From: Eledone cirrhosa
Taxonomy: Eukaryota
Direction: 5' to 3'
Assembly (NCBI GenBank): GCA_964016885.1
Contig: OZ024750.1
Location: forward strand, 12,338,001-12,402,000
Length of the DNA stretch: 64,000 nt
Made by a program: the position numbers and the translations under genes. This document shows positions 47,934 through 61,264 of the stretch, in pieces. The notes under the pieces were generated by a model that made no database searches, had not been told where the DNA came from, and saw only the letters and a list, made by a program, of their open reading frames with translations. Position 1 is the first letter of the stretch, and each line of letters begins with the position of its first letter.

Positions 47934-50269
47934 TATCATGAGAGGGAGGATGCTGTGCTGAAAAAACACCATCTAAGTCATGCAAGTATGGCAAAGTTGA
48001 TATAAAATGGTGATTATCAAAAACAGCTTTGACCAATTGTATATAGAACTATATTATCCAATGTATCTATTGTTTATTAAATGGTAAGGTATAATTTAAA
48101 GAGATATTTGACTGTTGTTTCCAGCAGGTTGATTGACTACACAGAGGCTGTTTTATTGGCTTGTTCTGTTATAAATCTTTCATTTGCTATTATAGTTGTG
48201 GTTATGTTCATTATCTATAGAGTTCATACTGTATTATTATCCGTATTTTTACTTTACAATTTTATGGTCAATTGTAATGAAATTATATATTAATATAGAT
48301 TTTTACGATAGTTGTTGATAATAGCAGTAAACTTGTTTCAAATGTTTCTAGAGTAAAGAAAATGTTTATAGAAATCCTAAAAGATAATCATAGAGGTTAT
48401 CACATTAATTCTCTGGGACTCTCATTTTTTATAAATTAAATGCTTCAAGTTTCATATTCTTACCTGGTTGTTTCTATTATTTCACTTTATTGTCTGTGTT
48501 TAATCAATTTTTTATGAATATTTTATGGGTATAGATTAAAAGCAGAAGATTTAAAAATCATCATGAAATCATTTTCGTGAAAATATTTTCTGTGTTGGAG
48601 AAAAATATATTTTATTGTTTTACTTAAAATTTTTTACAAACATTACAAGACATTTCTTTGATATTTTAGTCCAATAAATTTACTTTGAATTCTATAAGTT
48701 TATCTATGTTAAAAAATGGAATTATTTTTTATGTTCCTGTATTTTACAATCTACTTATTTGTTTCTATGACTGATTGTTCTCTTTATTGAAAATAAAATA
48801 TTTCTCCTTTCCTGAATTTTAGATTTATTGGAATCTTTTCAGATGTCAGAAAACAATCAATAAACAAATAAATAAATTAAATAAATACAATGATTTTAAG
48901 AAGTGATTTCTATTCCTGATAAAAGCTACAGAAATTATTCTCACATTTCAATTACAGTTTGCTATTCTTCATTATTTCTAAACCACATTAATTACAAATC
49001 ACTAACCTTAACCAGAAAATAGCAATTAAATTGTTTCATTAATTATTTACTGAGTATTAGATTTTTATTTTAAGTAAATCATGTTTTCTTCAAAATTGCT
49101 TTCTTTTATTCAGTAATTTCCTAAATTTCAAGCAAGATTATTCTCCCCAAAAAGCAAAATAATAAGATTTTTTATAGTTTTATTACTCACAAGAACATGG
49201 TCATTTTAATTTTATAAATAATTACATTTCAAGCTTTGTGTAAAATAATGTTTAATTCAATAGTCATCATTGACAGACTGCAACAACAACATCAACAACA
49301 AAAATGCTTAAAATCAAACCTGAATGCTTAATAATTTGAAGGAAAGTGTTGTCTATTCCTCTCCATCCTCAAGTATTTAAGTCAGTGCTAGTTTTATAAA
49401 GATTTGTGGTAGGACATGTAGAAAAGGCCCTTTTAAGCAGTGTATATGAGAGTAGCAATCTGAATCTGACAAACGAATATCATTACTAGAACATCAGTGA
49501 GACGAAAGATTCATTTTAAGTCTTATAAATGATTCTTCCTCATAAAGAGCACCACTTTTCTGTTTTGTTCAATACAGTTAAGTGAAGGAAATGTGTCAGC
49601 CGACTTATATGAGCAATAAGTTCATAAAAGAACTTCCCAACACATTGTTGGAAGTTAGCCCAAATGATAAGGAAACTATATTCCAAAATATAACTCACCA
49701 TAAATCCTTCAGTTTTCTGACATTATTAATTTATCATTATGAATTTAATCAATACCAGAAACCCCATTACATTCCTCAATTCATGTACAACTACATTTTT
49801 ATTTGCTTTTGTTTTATTTTATTTTGTTTTGTTTTTAGAACAAATGAAAATTTCTTATAGAGAAAATAAATAGCAATTGGATATTTTTTTTCTAATTATA
49901 TAAAACAATTGTTTAGCTGATTACATAAAAAATATATTCAAACAGTAAATATTTATTTGTTTTACCAGACAGTAGACAATGTATGGATACTCTTTTGACA
50001 TTACACAATACATGGAGCCAGACTGACTGAAATATTATAAAGTGATTTAAGTTGTGTCAAATAAGAACATCAACTGAATATTAGATTTTTATCATGTAAT
50101 ACACCGAAGGTTCATTGCTCTAACATGACAGTAATAAAATCTTATATGTTTGTCGTGTGATACAACTTTAGAAGAATTTTCATGGGATAAACACTAAGCT
50201 ATTTATATAAGGAATCTGTTTAAAGTGGAAGGGTTTGAGTTCATTCCATCTTAATTATAGATGATAAAT

Positions 50270-50437
50270 TCATACTGGAACTGATTCTGGCGTGATTTCT
50301 ACAGTTAGGAAGGGATTCCAGCTGTAGAAATCATGCCAGAAACAGTTCCAGTATGAGCAAGACAAGGTCAGCTGACTGGACACACTGCCCACAACAGGAC
50401 AATCCGTCTAACCCATGAACGTAAAACGATGATGATG
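50270..50437 (+). mobile_element. 5'-truncated RTE/SINE tail with an inverted duplication at its 5' end
   Basis: tcatactggaactgattctggcgtgatttctacag (50270-50304) is the reverse complement of ctgtagaaatcatgccagaaacagttccagtatga (50322-50356), with 2 mismatches. Confidence 0.8.
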
Positions 50438-50689
50438 AAACTCAACCAGTACATGCTGTCACAGATTTGATGATAGAAAAGACATCCAACCATAGAAAGC
50501 TTGCTAAACAAAGGGTTGGGAGGACCCTCCAGTTGTGTCAAAGACATGACAATCTCTCCTGTACACTTGTTTGAGCATGAGACTATACGTAAGTGAGATA
50601 ACAGACCCCTAGCCCATCTGGGAGGTCAGTAGCCCTGCTTCAGTACTGACTTAGTAACAAAGAAGGTGGATATTAAAACAACGATAATA

Positions 50690-50985
50690 TCATCATCATC
50701 ATTTCCTTTTACGTCCGCTTTTCCCTGCTTGCAAGGGTGGGACGAGAACTGATTCTGGCTTGATTTCTACAGCTGGATGCCCTTCCTAACACCAACCTCA
50801 TTTACAGTGAGTGCTGGGTGCTTTTTTGCCGTGGCACCTCCACGACCACTTTGCAGTGGAATGATAGGGACCCCAGTCCCTATCATCTCATTTCTACAGC
50901 TGAGTAAACTGGAGCAATGTGAAATAAAGTGTCTTGCTCAAGGAAACAACACATCACCCGGTCTGAGAATTGAACTCATAACCTT
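50690..50985 (-). mobile_element. SINE, head A with shortened RTE tail (head truncated)
   Basis: Closely matches the reverse complement of 36265-36560. Confidence 0.9.
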
Positions 50986-51063
50986 TTTACGGCGTCGATA
51001 AAATAAAGTACCAGTAATGCACTGGGTAATTGTTGGCCTTGTGCCAAAAGTAGAAACAATTAT
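50986..51063 (+). mobile_element. 3' half of SINE group B fused to the preceding SINE
   Basis: 'ttacggcgtcgataaaataaagtaccagtaatgcactgggtaattgttggccttgtgcc'. Confidence 0.85.
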
Positions 51064-51265
51064 GTGAAAGTATAAGACTCCATTTCATTAATGTTCATTC
51101 TATAACTAATATCTCCACGCAGCACAAACCTTTGGTTTAATGATTGTGGAGGATCCTAGTAAAAGCTTTGGTAATTCATTGTTAATGCTTAGCTCAGAAA
51201 CACTAATATATTCTTCCTGCTCACTAACCCAACAGAATCTTCCAAAGTATGAGCATCTCAATATA

Positions 51266-51473
51266 AACTAAAAACATGGCTTTCCCATTATGTAGTTAAT
51301 CAGGCATTCACACGCACACACATACACAAACACACATATGCACATATACACACACACATACATGCACACATACAGACACAGACACACACACACTGTCACA
51401 CACACAAACACACATTTATGTGAATGCAGCCTGATTAAATACAAAACTGGAAAGCCATATATAATATTTAGTT
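51266..51473. repeat. Diverged inverted repeat flanking a (CA)n tract
   Basis: aactaaa..atggctttcccattatgtagttaatcaggcattcac pairs with gtgaatgcagcctgattaaatacaaaactggaaagccat...tttagtt. Confidence 0.7.
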
Positions 51474-51536
51474 TTTTACTGAAATGTTGATGGTTTGTAA
51501 TGTTTATTTTTTAAGTTAATGAGTGTATATATCATC

Positions 51537-51610
<74 letters not shown>

Positions 51611-51612
<2 letters not shown>

Positions 51613-52053
51613 AAGGCGCATGGCTTAGTGGTTAGAGCATTGGGCTTGCAATCGAAAGGTTGTGAGTTGAATTCTCGGACCGGGTGATGTGTTGTTTCCT
51701 TGAGCAAGACACTTTATTTCACATTGCTCCAGTTTACTCAGCTGTAGAAATGAGATGATAAGGACTGGAATCCCTGTCATTCCATTGCAAAGTGGTCGTG
51801 GAGGTGCCACGGCAAAAAAGCACCCAGCGCACACTGTAAAGTGGACGTGTAGGCACCACTGAAAAAAGCACCCAGCACTCACTGTGAATGAGGTTGGTGT
51901 TAGGAAGGGCATCCAGCTGTAGAACTCAAGCCAGAATCAGTTCCCGTATGAGCAAGACAAGGTCAGCTGACCGGACACTGCCCACAACAGGACAACCCGT
52001 CTAACCCATGCTAGTGTGGAAGAACGGATGTAAAATGGTGATGATGATGATGA
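51611..52053 (+). mobile_element. Full-length tRNA-derived SINE (head A, CORE-like segment, RTE-derived tail)
   Basis: A box TGGCTTAGTGG, B box GAGTTGAATTCT, 'ccttgagcaagacactttatttcacattgctccagttt' resembling the CORE segment, two 48-bp units and a (GAT)n tail. Preceded by (TA)n. Confidence 0.9.
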
Positions 52054-52976
52054 TATTTATATACACATATATCACACAGGGATGTGAGGATTCTTCAGTC
52101 ATGTTGCAGATATGTCAACCCTAATAGAGCAACGACACCAGAAAAGAATCCCTATTCAGTACACTCTGTAAAGTGGTTACCATTAGGAAGTGTATTTAGC
52201 TACAGAAGTTATGTGAAGAAGATGTGAACCTCACTGGAACTGGTGCCATGGTAACATGCACCCAATACAATCTTATTTATGAAAACTAAAACTTTGAATG
52301 TCAATTTTTATTATTTTCAAGCTAATTTTTCATGTTTACTCATTCAAAACCAATAATGATTGATTTTTAATAATGAAACTTAAAATAAAAATGAGAGAGA
52401 AAGGAAGAAAGAAAGAAAGAAAGAAAAGAAAGATATGTAAATTTTAACATACATCTGAACTTTAGACTGTTGATACATCCCAAAACAACTGTATGTATTG
52501 GCAACACCCTCCCAAAGTATAACTATATATATATATATATAGTATAAAAACTTTCTTAACAGTATATAGTCATGCTACAGCTGTATTTTCTTAGGAACCA
52601 TATGTCAGAGAGGAATCAAGGAATAGAGTGAGAGAGAGAAGAAGAAGAAGGTTATATATAAAAGAATGGAACTTTAATTTATGTCAACACTGATTTCGTT
52701 TGCTGTCAATATAATTTTATGGCATTAAAATCTTAAGAAATTTTACAAATATTGTTGAAAATTGCTAAGTTCAAGCTGAATACATTAATCCAGAAAATCA
52801 TTTTTTTAACCTGTCAAATTTCTTCTATTTGATTAACTCAAAGAGGAAAAGTAGCAATTGACTACTTCAAGTAGAAACTAAGGTTATTTATTTTATATTC
52901 ATATTTTATTATTTATGGATGCATCTGTACTGGAAGAAGGTGTTCATAATAGAGAGTCCATTGCTAGAACAGAAGT

Positions 52977-53190
52977 CTAACCATTTAGCATTTACATTAT
53001 ATTCACTATTGTATTCTAGCAGTAAAGGCTTTATCTCACATAATATTGAATCTATGAGATTTTGATGATGTTATATTTATTTTGAGAATAATACTTTAAT
53101 GTTGGTATGAGTGGCCGCTCACGGCCAGTTTGAACAGAAAGAGATGAGAGAATTCTGGCTGGATGTTTGGTTTACATGCTAAAGGGTTAA
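52977..53190 (-). mobile_element. piggyBac-type MITE, family P2
   Basis: Ends 'catgctaaagggTTAA'. Homologous to 1767-1990. Confidence 0.75.
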
Positions 53191-53285
53191 TATTCGTATT
53201 TAGATCGGGATTGCTGTTCCTTCTAATCACTCCTTTCCAGGTTAAGTGGTCAGTGCTAACATGTGCATTGAAGTCTCCCATTCAG
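53191..53285 (-). mobile_element. RTE-type LINE apurinic endonuclease fragment
   Basis: MGDFNAHVSTDHLTWKGVIRRNSNPDLNTN carries the APE 'GDFNAHVG...W.GVIG..G...LN.NG' motif. Confidence 0.75.
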
Positions 53286-55257
53286 ATATATAATTCAGTC
53301 ATAACTCAATCTCACATTGCAGTGACTTCCATTAAAGTCTCCTATCAAGGTATATGACTCAGTCATAACTACATCTAACACTGCAGTGACTTCATTAAGA
53401 GAAGATCTGTATTCGAACTCCTTGTTCATATCTTGTTTTATATTATATTTTTTTAACTGTTATGGCATTCTTTACATGTTACCAGCAGCCAATTGCTGGT
53501 TCACTGCATTTATGAAGTTTTTTAATGTATTGAACTCTGCTGCTCATCTTATAACGAACTGGTTTTTCAATATATAAACCAGTTAAATCTTCCATTGTTT
53601 CACAGTGAAGTAGACTTGAGGCAAACACGACAGTGTTTGTCCAAAGAAGACTAGATTTCTATCAGGCTGAACTGCATTTGATATCATCCCAATATTCCTT
53701 CCTTACAAAATCAATTGTATAAGCAGGCAAAGATTTGGTACAAATACAGGAGCAAACCAAACAAAATTATTTATCATATATAGCTTAGTGTCACATAGTT
53801 TTGAATTTCATTCATACTACAACTAATGTTATCTTTATACTGTCTAGTGCTCATAAATTAAGTTGTTTATCACACTAGAATTATTAAAGATTAAATGACT
53901 TAAAGAGAAACAGTCTGTTGCAGGTTTTATCTGTGTGATAAAATGATTATAAACCTGGAAGTGCCAAGGTAACTATGTGTAAAAAAAATAAATGTTATGT
54001 ATACTTTTCAAAACACTATATTTATAATAAATTGTTTTTGAAATACTTGCATTCAGAACTTGTAGCAGTGATGATTTCCAACATTCTTGGACCCCATACC
54101 ACCTTCTTTCTCATTGTTGAACACATCTCTTCCCCCAGCTTCTAGGGTAATACTTTCTCCATTCTGTCTACTGGGACTATAAGGCAGCTTGTATATAGGG
54201 TTCTACATGCCAGGGAGTGTTCTCCCATACCATCTGGGTTCCTATTGTTACGATGAAAATAATCGAGTATTCGTTTTCATACAGATAGGCACAAATATAA
54301 ATTTCCTTCTCTTCCTTTTTTGCCAAATTCATACTCAGTCCCTACAGCATACTACTTTCACATATACTCATAACTCTAAATACACACATGGTAGCAGCAT
54401 GGTACAATTTCATGTTTTTGGTAGCAGCATATAGAAAATTGAAAGAATATTTCAATTTTCTGTATGTTTCCCCATAAAAATGAGAGTATACCTAAGCAAA
54501 AGAACTGTAACTGCCTGACAAGTGAAGTATACAATGTGGTTCTGGTTCCCAGTTGAAGTCTTTCATCTATCTAGATAATACCTTTAAAAAAAGATATGAA
54601 AGCTCCATAATTTCATTTCCTTTCTAATATAAATCTAACACCTTTGCTTTAGGTAAGAAATCAATACATGTATTCAGCTTAGCAAACAGAAATACAGCAT
54701 ATGAAATCTTATAGAGAACATATCATTTTTTTTTCTTTTAAATTTTGTCAATGTACTTGCAAATAGTATTGTTTTGGTGAGTCAAACACACAAGTTAATG
54801 TTAGGAAACACTAGTTGCACAACTATTGAATATCTTTATTTTCAATTAATATATGTAAATTAGTATCGATTTTTATTTTAATGATTTCCTCATGAAAAGA
54901 TAAACTTGCCAACAAAACCCACCATAGGCCATAATATTGCATTGTATAAAAGCTTTGATGATTTGGGTGAAATAGTAAAGTGCATTCTGTTAAAAGCATG
55001 TGTGGTTAAAATGATTTAAAAAATGTATATATGTATATACACACATACATACTATATATGTAAATATACATACTATATATATATATATATATAGCGAGAG
55101 AGAGGGGGAGGGGGAAATAATAATAATGATTTGAAGATGCTTTTTATATATACATGTATTGTTTATAGTACACAATAAAAAAGAAATGAATTCACACCAA
55201 AAGTAAAATATTCAATAACCTAGATGCAGGGTATATTGGGTGAGAGAGAGGGAGAAG

Positions 55258-55258
<1 letters not shown>

Positions 55259-55316
<58 letters not shown>
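55259..55316. repeat. (GT)n microsatellite
   Basis: Direct reading. Confidence 0.95.
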
Positions 55317-55374
55317 AGTATGTATATGTGTGTGCAATCTTTGTGATTGATTCAATTCACAATATCATTTCTTT

Positions 55375-55609
55375 TTAACCCTTTTAATACCAGTCTGCCC
55401 AAAACCACTTCTGGTTCTCTGGAAGAATTTATATTTATGAAATTAAAATCTTGCAACATATTTAGATATGAGAATCTTTCGTTAAGTGATGTTACAAATA
55501 CCATCTTAATGATGAAATCCATAATAATTTTAGTAAAACCATCGAAATTCTCCATTAATTGATTCAAATATGCAGTATTTCATTGAAAATGTGATAATGA
55601 AAGGGTTAA
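55375..55609 (+). mobile_element. piggyBac-type MITE, family P1 (diverged)
   Basis: TTAA CCCTTTT ... GAAAGGG TTAA. Internal similarity to 411-650. Confidence 0.75.
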
Positions 55610-57371
55610 CAGCTGGTCTTGAATCTAAGACAAAATCAATACTCAAGAGGCTATTCCAGCTTTTGTGCTGTCCAGTGTTTGTGCTATTTTCTAAGGGAAA
55701 GCAGATTACCTTGCTTACCTCAGTTTACATTAGTGGAAAATATTTGCCGCGCCTACTAAGTGATAGGAAAATCATCCAGCTGTAAAAACATTCCAACAAA
55801 TCTCATGCAATTATCCAAATCTCTAAATAAACATCTAACTCATTCCAAAATTAAAAATAGGTATGAAATAGTTAACACACACAAAAGCAACAAAACAAAA
55901 GAAATATTTGAATTAGTTATTTATGAATGATGAAAGAGGTATTGCAGCTTAGCAACTAAATCCTTTAGGCTTAGTCACTAAAACGATTTGATATGTTTCT
56001 CCTCTTGCACAAATGGGATGAATAAAATCAGCGGTTAGATATTTTTCATTTTGGTTTTTCAGTAAGTAGAAATAGAAGTTAGTTTTTCTGTCTTCTCCAA
56101 TAGCATTATTACTCGAACCTGGAATCAAAATCAGGAAACAGAGTTGTTATCCTTATAGTTTACTATATTCACCACAACACTGGGTAAAATAATTAATTAA
56201 AATATTTCATAGATCTGAATTCATACTTCAAACTAAAACATCTCAAAAAATACATTTTTTCATTTATCAGATAGATTTTAACAAAAATAAAACAGAACTT
56301 TTTTAATGTTTAAATTGATGTATTGATAGCAAATATTAATTTCATTTGATTAACAACAAGGTAAAATGTTGTTAGTGAAAGGATACAATTGACTGGATTG
56401 ATCACAGTATATTACAGGTAATATTTTTCTCAATCTCTAGATGAGTGAAAAGCAAATCCAAATTTGCTGTTATTAGACCTTAGAACTCTAACAACAATGA
56501 AGTGAAATTTCAATTCAGAATTCTGTTTTCAGTAATAAAACACCTAACATTTATTTATATATTTGTTAGGTTCTTCAGGTTTCAAAACTTAGATTTTCTT
56601 TCTACTCTGTTTCTCATTTATATTACCACTTCTCTTGAAATCAATGTGCCAAGCACATCAAATAATCTGCTAATGCTAGATACCAAATACTGATACTTCA
56701 AGAGCATGAATATTCATGCTATGGCTTCAAAACAGTTATTCTACTTTGTAAAAAAACATTTAGTAGAACATCCATTGAAACTTTCAATTATCATCTTTTA
56801 GAAACTCAGCATCTCTTATAGTAATCTTTGTAGATCTTATATCTGCCAAAAGAATGTAACACTGGTTTTAGGCTTGGCTGCAAAGCTTCTGCTAACAGAA
56901 CCACATAAAGAGGAAATGAGATTATCCAAACATGTTGGAAATATATTCGCATAACGATAAAAATACATGACTGCAATTAGACAAGGAAGAATTCCATTGC
57001 TTTTGCATCTATAATGATTTCTTAGTGAATTCAGATTGAGAATAAGATTATTATATATTAAGTGTGAATGGAAAATAATTTCTAGGCACTTTCAAAAGCA
57101 AATTATTAGCTTATATTTCTATGTCACATATCTTGTAAATCCCAATGAAATATTGAGGTCTTGGCTCCAGTTTACTCAGATTGTACATAGAAAAAATTGC
57201 ATTCTAGTTTTATCTATAACTCTTTTGTTACCACATTTCTAATGAAAGATACTGCCTATGATTTTCAAATAATTTTGAAAAAGATGAATAATTTAGAGGT
57301 GTATAGAAATATAACTAACTTGCTCATTATTAAGTTGGTGTTTGGAACATAATGTCAAGATTTTTACATAT

Positions 57372-57790
57372 AATAATTATTTCTACATTTGGCACAAGGC
57401 CAGCAATTACCCAGTACATTACTGGTACTTTATTTTATCGACCCCGTAAGGATGAAAGGCAAAGTTAACCTCGGCAGGATTTGAACTCAGATCGTAAAGG
57501 GACGTAACTATGCTGGAAAGCATGACGTCTGACTCTCTACCTATACTGCCAATCCACAAAAGATTTTTAGATAAATATTAGTTTCTGATTTAGGCACAAG
57601 GCCAACAATTTTGGGGGAGGGGAAAGTCGATTAAATCGACCTTAATGCATTACCGGTACTTTATTTTATCAACCCTGTAAGGATGAAAGGCAAAGCTAAC
57701 CTCGGCAGGATTTGAACTCAGATTGTAAAGGGCCATAACTCTATGCTATAAAGCATGTTGTCCAATGCTCCACTGATGCTTCCAATTCAC
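57372..57790 (-). mobile_element. Two tandem SINE group B copies inserted in a decayed P1-like MITE (about 57217-57870)
   Basis: 57372-57557 and 57577-57790 match the reverse complement of 37624-37819. The flanks resemble the P1 ends ('catttctaatgaaa', 'tcatagaagcagg...ggtttggtatcaaaa'). Confidence 0.8.
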
Positions 57791-59072
57791 CAATAAATAT
57801 TAACACTTTTAAAGAATCAGTTATGTATCATAGAAGCAGGACTGGGTTCAGGCGGTTTGGTATCAAAACAAAAATTATATACCACTTTGTTATATTTATA
57901 TCTAAATAATGTAAAAATCAACTACATATATAACAACATGTCTATATATCTTTAAGCTAACATCTCTTGCTTTTGACTCTAGTATTTCTCCCATATTAAG
58001 AAGACATTTATGGTCCTTCAACATCCAAACTTGCCTTCAAATCTAATGGATTTTATTATCATTTCTCTACAGCAAGAATTCTTATGTCAATTAATTCCAA
58101 CACGTTCTCTTCTTGAGATTAATATTATGCATCAACACACAAGTCTTAGATTGTGACCAATCAAAAACCCACAGTGACTCTGGCTTACTTCTAGAATTTG
58201 AAAATGAAGATTCAAAGAATTGATGGACAATAAAACATCAAAATATCAGAGATTAGATACCATTATATATTCCGTAGATATCTTACTTGAAAAGAACCTT
58301 TCAAAGAGATAAACAAATTAAAAATTTAATGTTATACTCAGGCCTTTGCAAAAGGCTTTAAAGGGATAAACAGGATGGCCTCCATGGAAGCAGTCATCAG
58401 ATAGGAAATAATTAAATAAGAGATTGCTGAGCATATTTATGGAACAAAAGGGAAAAGGAAAATTATATAAAACTATAGGATGAAGATTTCTATTTTAAAT
58501 GAAGAAATACAGAAAACACACATAAACACATACATATGTGTGTGCATGACGAATCTAGTCTTAGAAGATAATAACCTATCCAGCCCATGCCACGTTTGAA
58601 AATGTCTATGAAATAGGGATGTCATAGAATAACTAAGATTATACTGCCTAATTTTATATGTCTATAACTCTTTCTTTGTGTTTATCCTAACTTATATTAT
58701 TCCCCTAGTTGCTCACTCAGGTGGTAGTTTACATTACCTGTTTAAGACAGATATTTTCAGTGATATATAAAGTGAACACTTTGTTCCTTTGTCAGCTATT
58801 GGTTGATTTATAAATATGGCTTAATAAGTTAGTCAACAGCAGCTGACAAAAAGTAAATCACCAAACAATCTACATGTACTATTCACTAGTAATTTGTGGT
58901 AAATATTTTCTTTATGTGACATTTTTAAGGTCAATTCTTCATTTTTCTTTCATTCACATTGATATAGTTATATCGCTGACTACATATAGAGTCATTGTGC
59001 ATTTTCAATGATTAAAGATCTTGATTAGATAAATTTAGATTATAACCCCAAGGTTTATGTTCGCCTGTCTTT

Positions 59073-59107
<35 letters not shown>

Positions 59108-59214
59108 TTACTACTACTACTACTACTCACACACAAACATGTATATCTATCATCTTCATAATTAATGTCTGCTTTCTCTGCTAGCAAGGGTTGGGCTATT
59201 ATACGTATATATGT

Positions 59215-59273
<59 letters not shown>

Positions 59274-59364
59274 TATATATATATATACTTAGGGTAAACA
59301 TTGATGCAATTCAATTCAAGCACTCAACGTACTTATTCCACATAGGAGTGACGGAGTAAATATC

Positions 59365-59501
59365 GAATAAGGAAAAGCGAAGTAGTTTCAGATGTTCAAG
59401 TCTTTTAATAATAATTGTTTCTACGAATGCTGTGATATATATTTCAATGCATTATTATTAAAAGACTTGAACATCTGAAACTACTTCGCTTTTCCTTATT
59501 C
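59365..59501. repeat. Perfect inverted repeat, 51-bp arms and 35-bp spacer, inside a (TA)n-flanked insert
   Basis: gaataaggaaaagcgaagtagtttcagatgttcaagtcttttaataataat (59365-59415) is the exact reverse complement of 59451-59501. Confidence 0.95.
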
Positions 59502-61264
59502 TCTCTATATATATATAATCTTCATCATACGATCATCATCATTGTTTTTACATCAACTTTTCCATGCTGGCATGGGTTTGAATAGGATGGTCTGAGACAA
59601 TGTTTTACCACCGGATACCCTTCTTGGCACCAAACTATTTAGTCACTTCTTACAATATGCAGAGACATGGTGCACCTATTCTAAATTAAGTACATCATAT
59701 TTCTGCATGTCATAAAGTTAATATATATACATATATACATATATACACATTTGTGTATATGTGCATGCATGTATGTATGTGTGTATGTACATATGTACCT
59801 TTTGTATGAGACAACCATGTAACATCCCTCAGGCTCTGTATGTTTGTATATATGCATGTTTGTACATATATATGTATGTATGTGTATTTGTACATGTATG
59901 TTTGTGTGTTTGTAGTGATAATCAGATTAATAGTCTAACAGACTAGCTGTGAATATGGCATATTTACAACTGTATATCCATTACTGGAATTACTTGAAAT
60001 ACTATTAAAATTAACACATTCTGGTATTACAATCATGAACTACATAAAATCATTAAATACTTTGGCTACAGTAAGGTGAATTGAATTTAAGTGAATATAT
60101 ATCATCATCATGATCATTGTCATCTTTTATATGTAAAATTAAGTTTCCTGATCGGATCCGAGTCTACGGAAATCAAAATATAGCATAAATTATTTATTTA
60201 TTTTATAAAAGCTAAGGTAGTCATTCAGATATTAGAATGAATGTATGAATTACATATATTAAATTATATACTATATTATATATTATATTATATTATATTA
60301 TATTATACATGTGTGGATTTCCTCTACTACCTATTTGTTGGTATGAGTCTTTTACAAAGACTCACTAACCTTTGTAACTTTCATATTGGTAACATGGTGA
60401 TCAAATATCAAATTAAAATGAAAGATAATACTCATTGCTACCATCACTACCAACGTAATTTTTCCAGTTCAAGAAACTGTTTAAATATAAGTTTGAAAGT
60501 AGAAGCAACGGAGAGGAGTTTCAGCTAGATCCTGTCAACAAAATCTCTATATGGTTTAAATACACAGCAAGTTTCTGATTTCTGATTGGCTAAATGTCTG
60601 TAGAAGGTCACCAATGAGTCATGGCCTGGATGTGGCCCAGCCCCCTTAGAGTGTAAGAATTTAAGGGCTGAAGCACTCACTTGAATGGGGAGGGTTTCTT
60701 CTCTGAAGACCTTCTGCTGTCCAGCTCTCTTGAGAGTTTCTTACCCCTTGGTTTCTACACAGAAGTTTCTGATAACTTGTGGTTCTTTGTGGGGTTTTCT
60801 TTTTTTTTTAGAGTATATCATTTCTCTTTAGTATATATCATTTACATAAAACCAGTCCTTGACTGATAAGAATCCATAAATATATGAATTATAAAGCCAA
60901 AACAATTATGACATTTTAGATATTTTTTTTAGCCATGTCCTTAGATATATCCAAGTATTTCTTGGGCCTAAAGATTCATCGACCTGCAGCTTTAGGGCAT
61001 TAAATAACTGAGAGAACAAAATGTCAATTCATCACAAGATAAAGTGCCAGTTGCTACTACTCATATTTAGTTAGTTGAATTGGAGAAACATGAAATGAAG
61101 TACCTTGCTCAAGGATATAATGTACTGCCCAAACTATGGATTAGTCCCACAACATCATAAGACCAACCCTAGTCTGTATACTTTAGTATAGATAAACCAT
61201 CTTGTAAATTGATATAGTTAGTAGAATTGATTTATATTTTCTCATTATATTAATATCTAGTGAG

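Noticed and set aside
50777-51912. Repeated ORF 'MPFLTPTSFTVSAGCFF...' (also 36235-36474) as a gene family
   Set aside because: It is the antisense reading of the same SINE.
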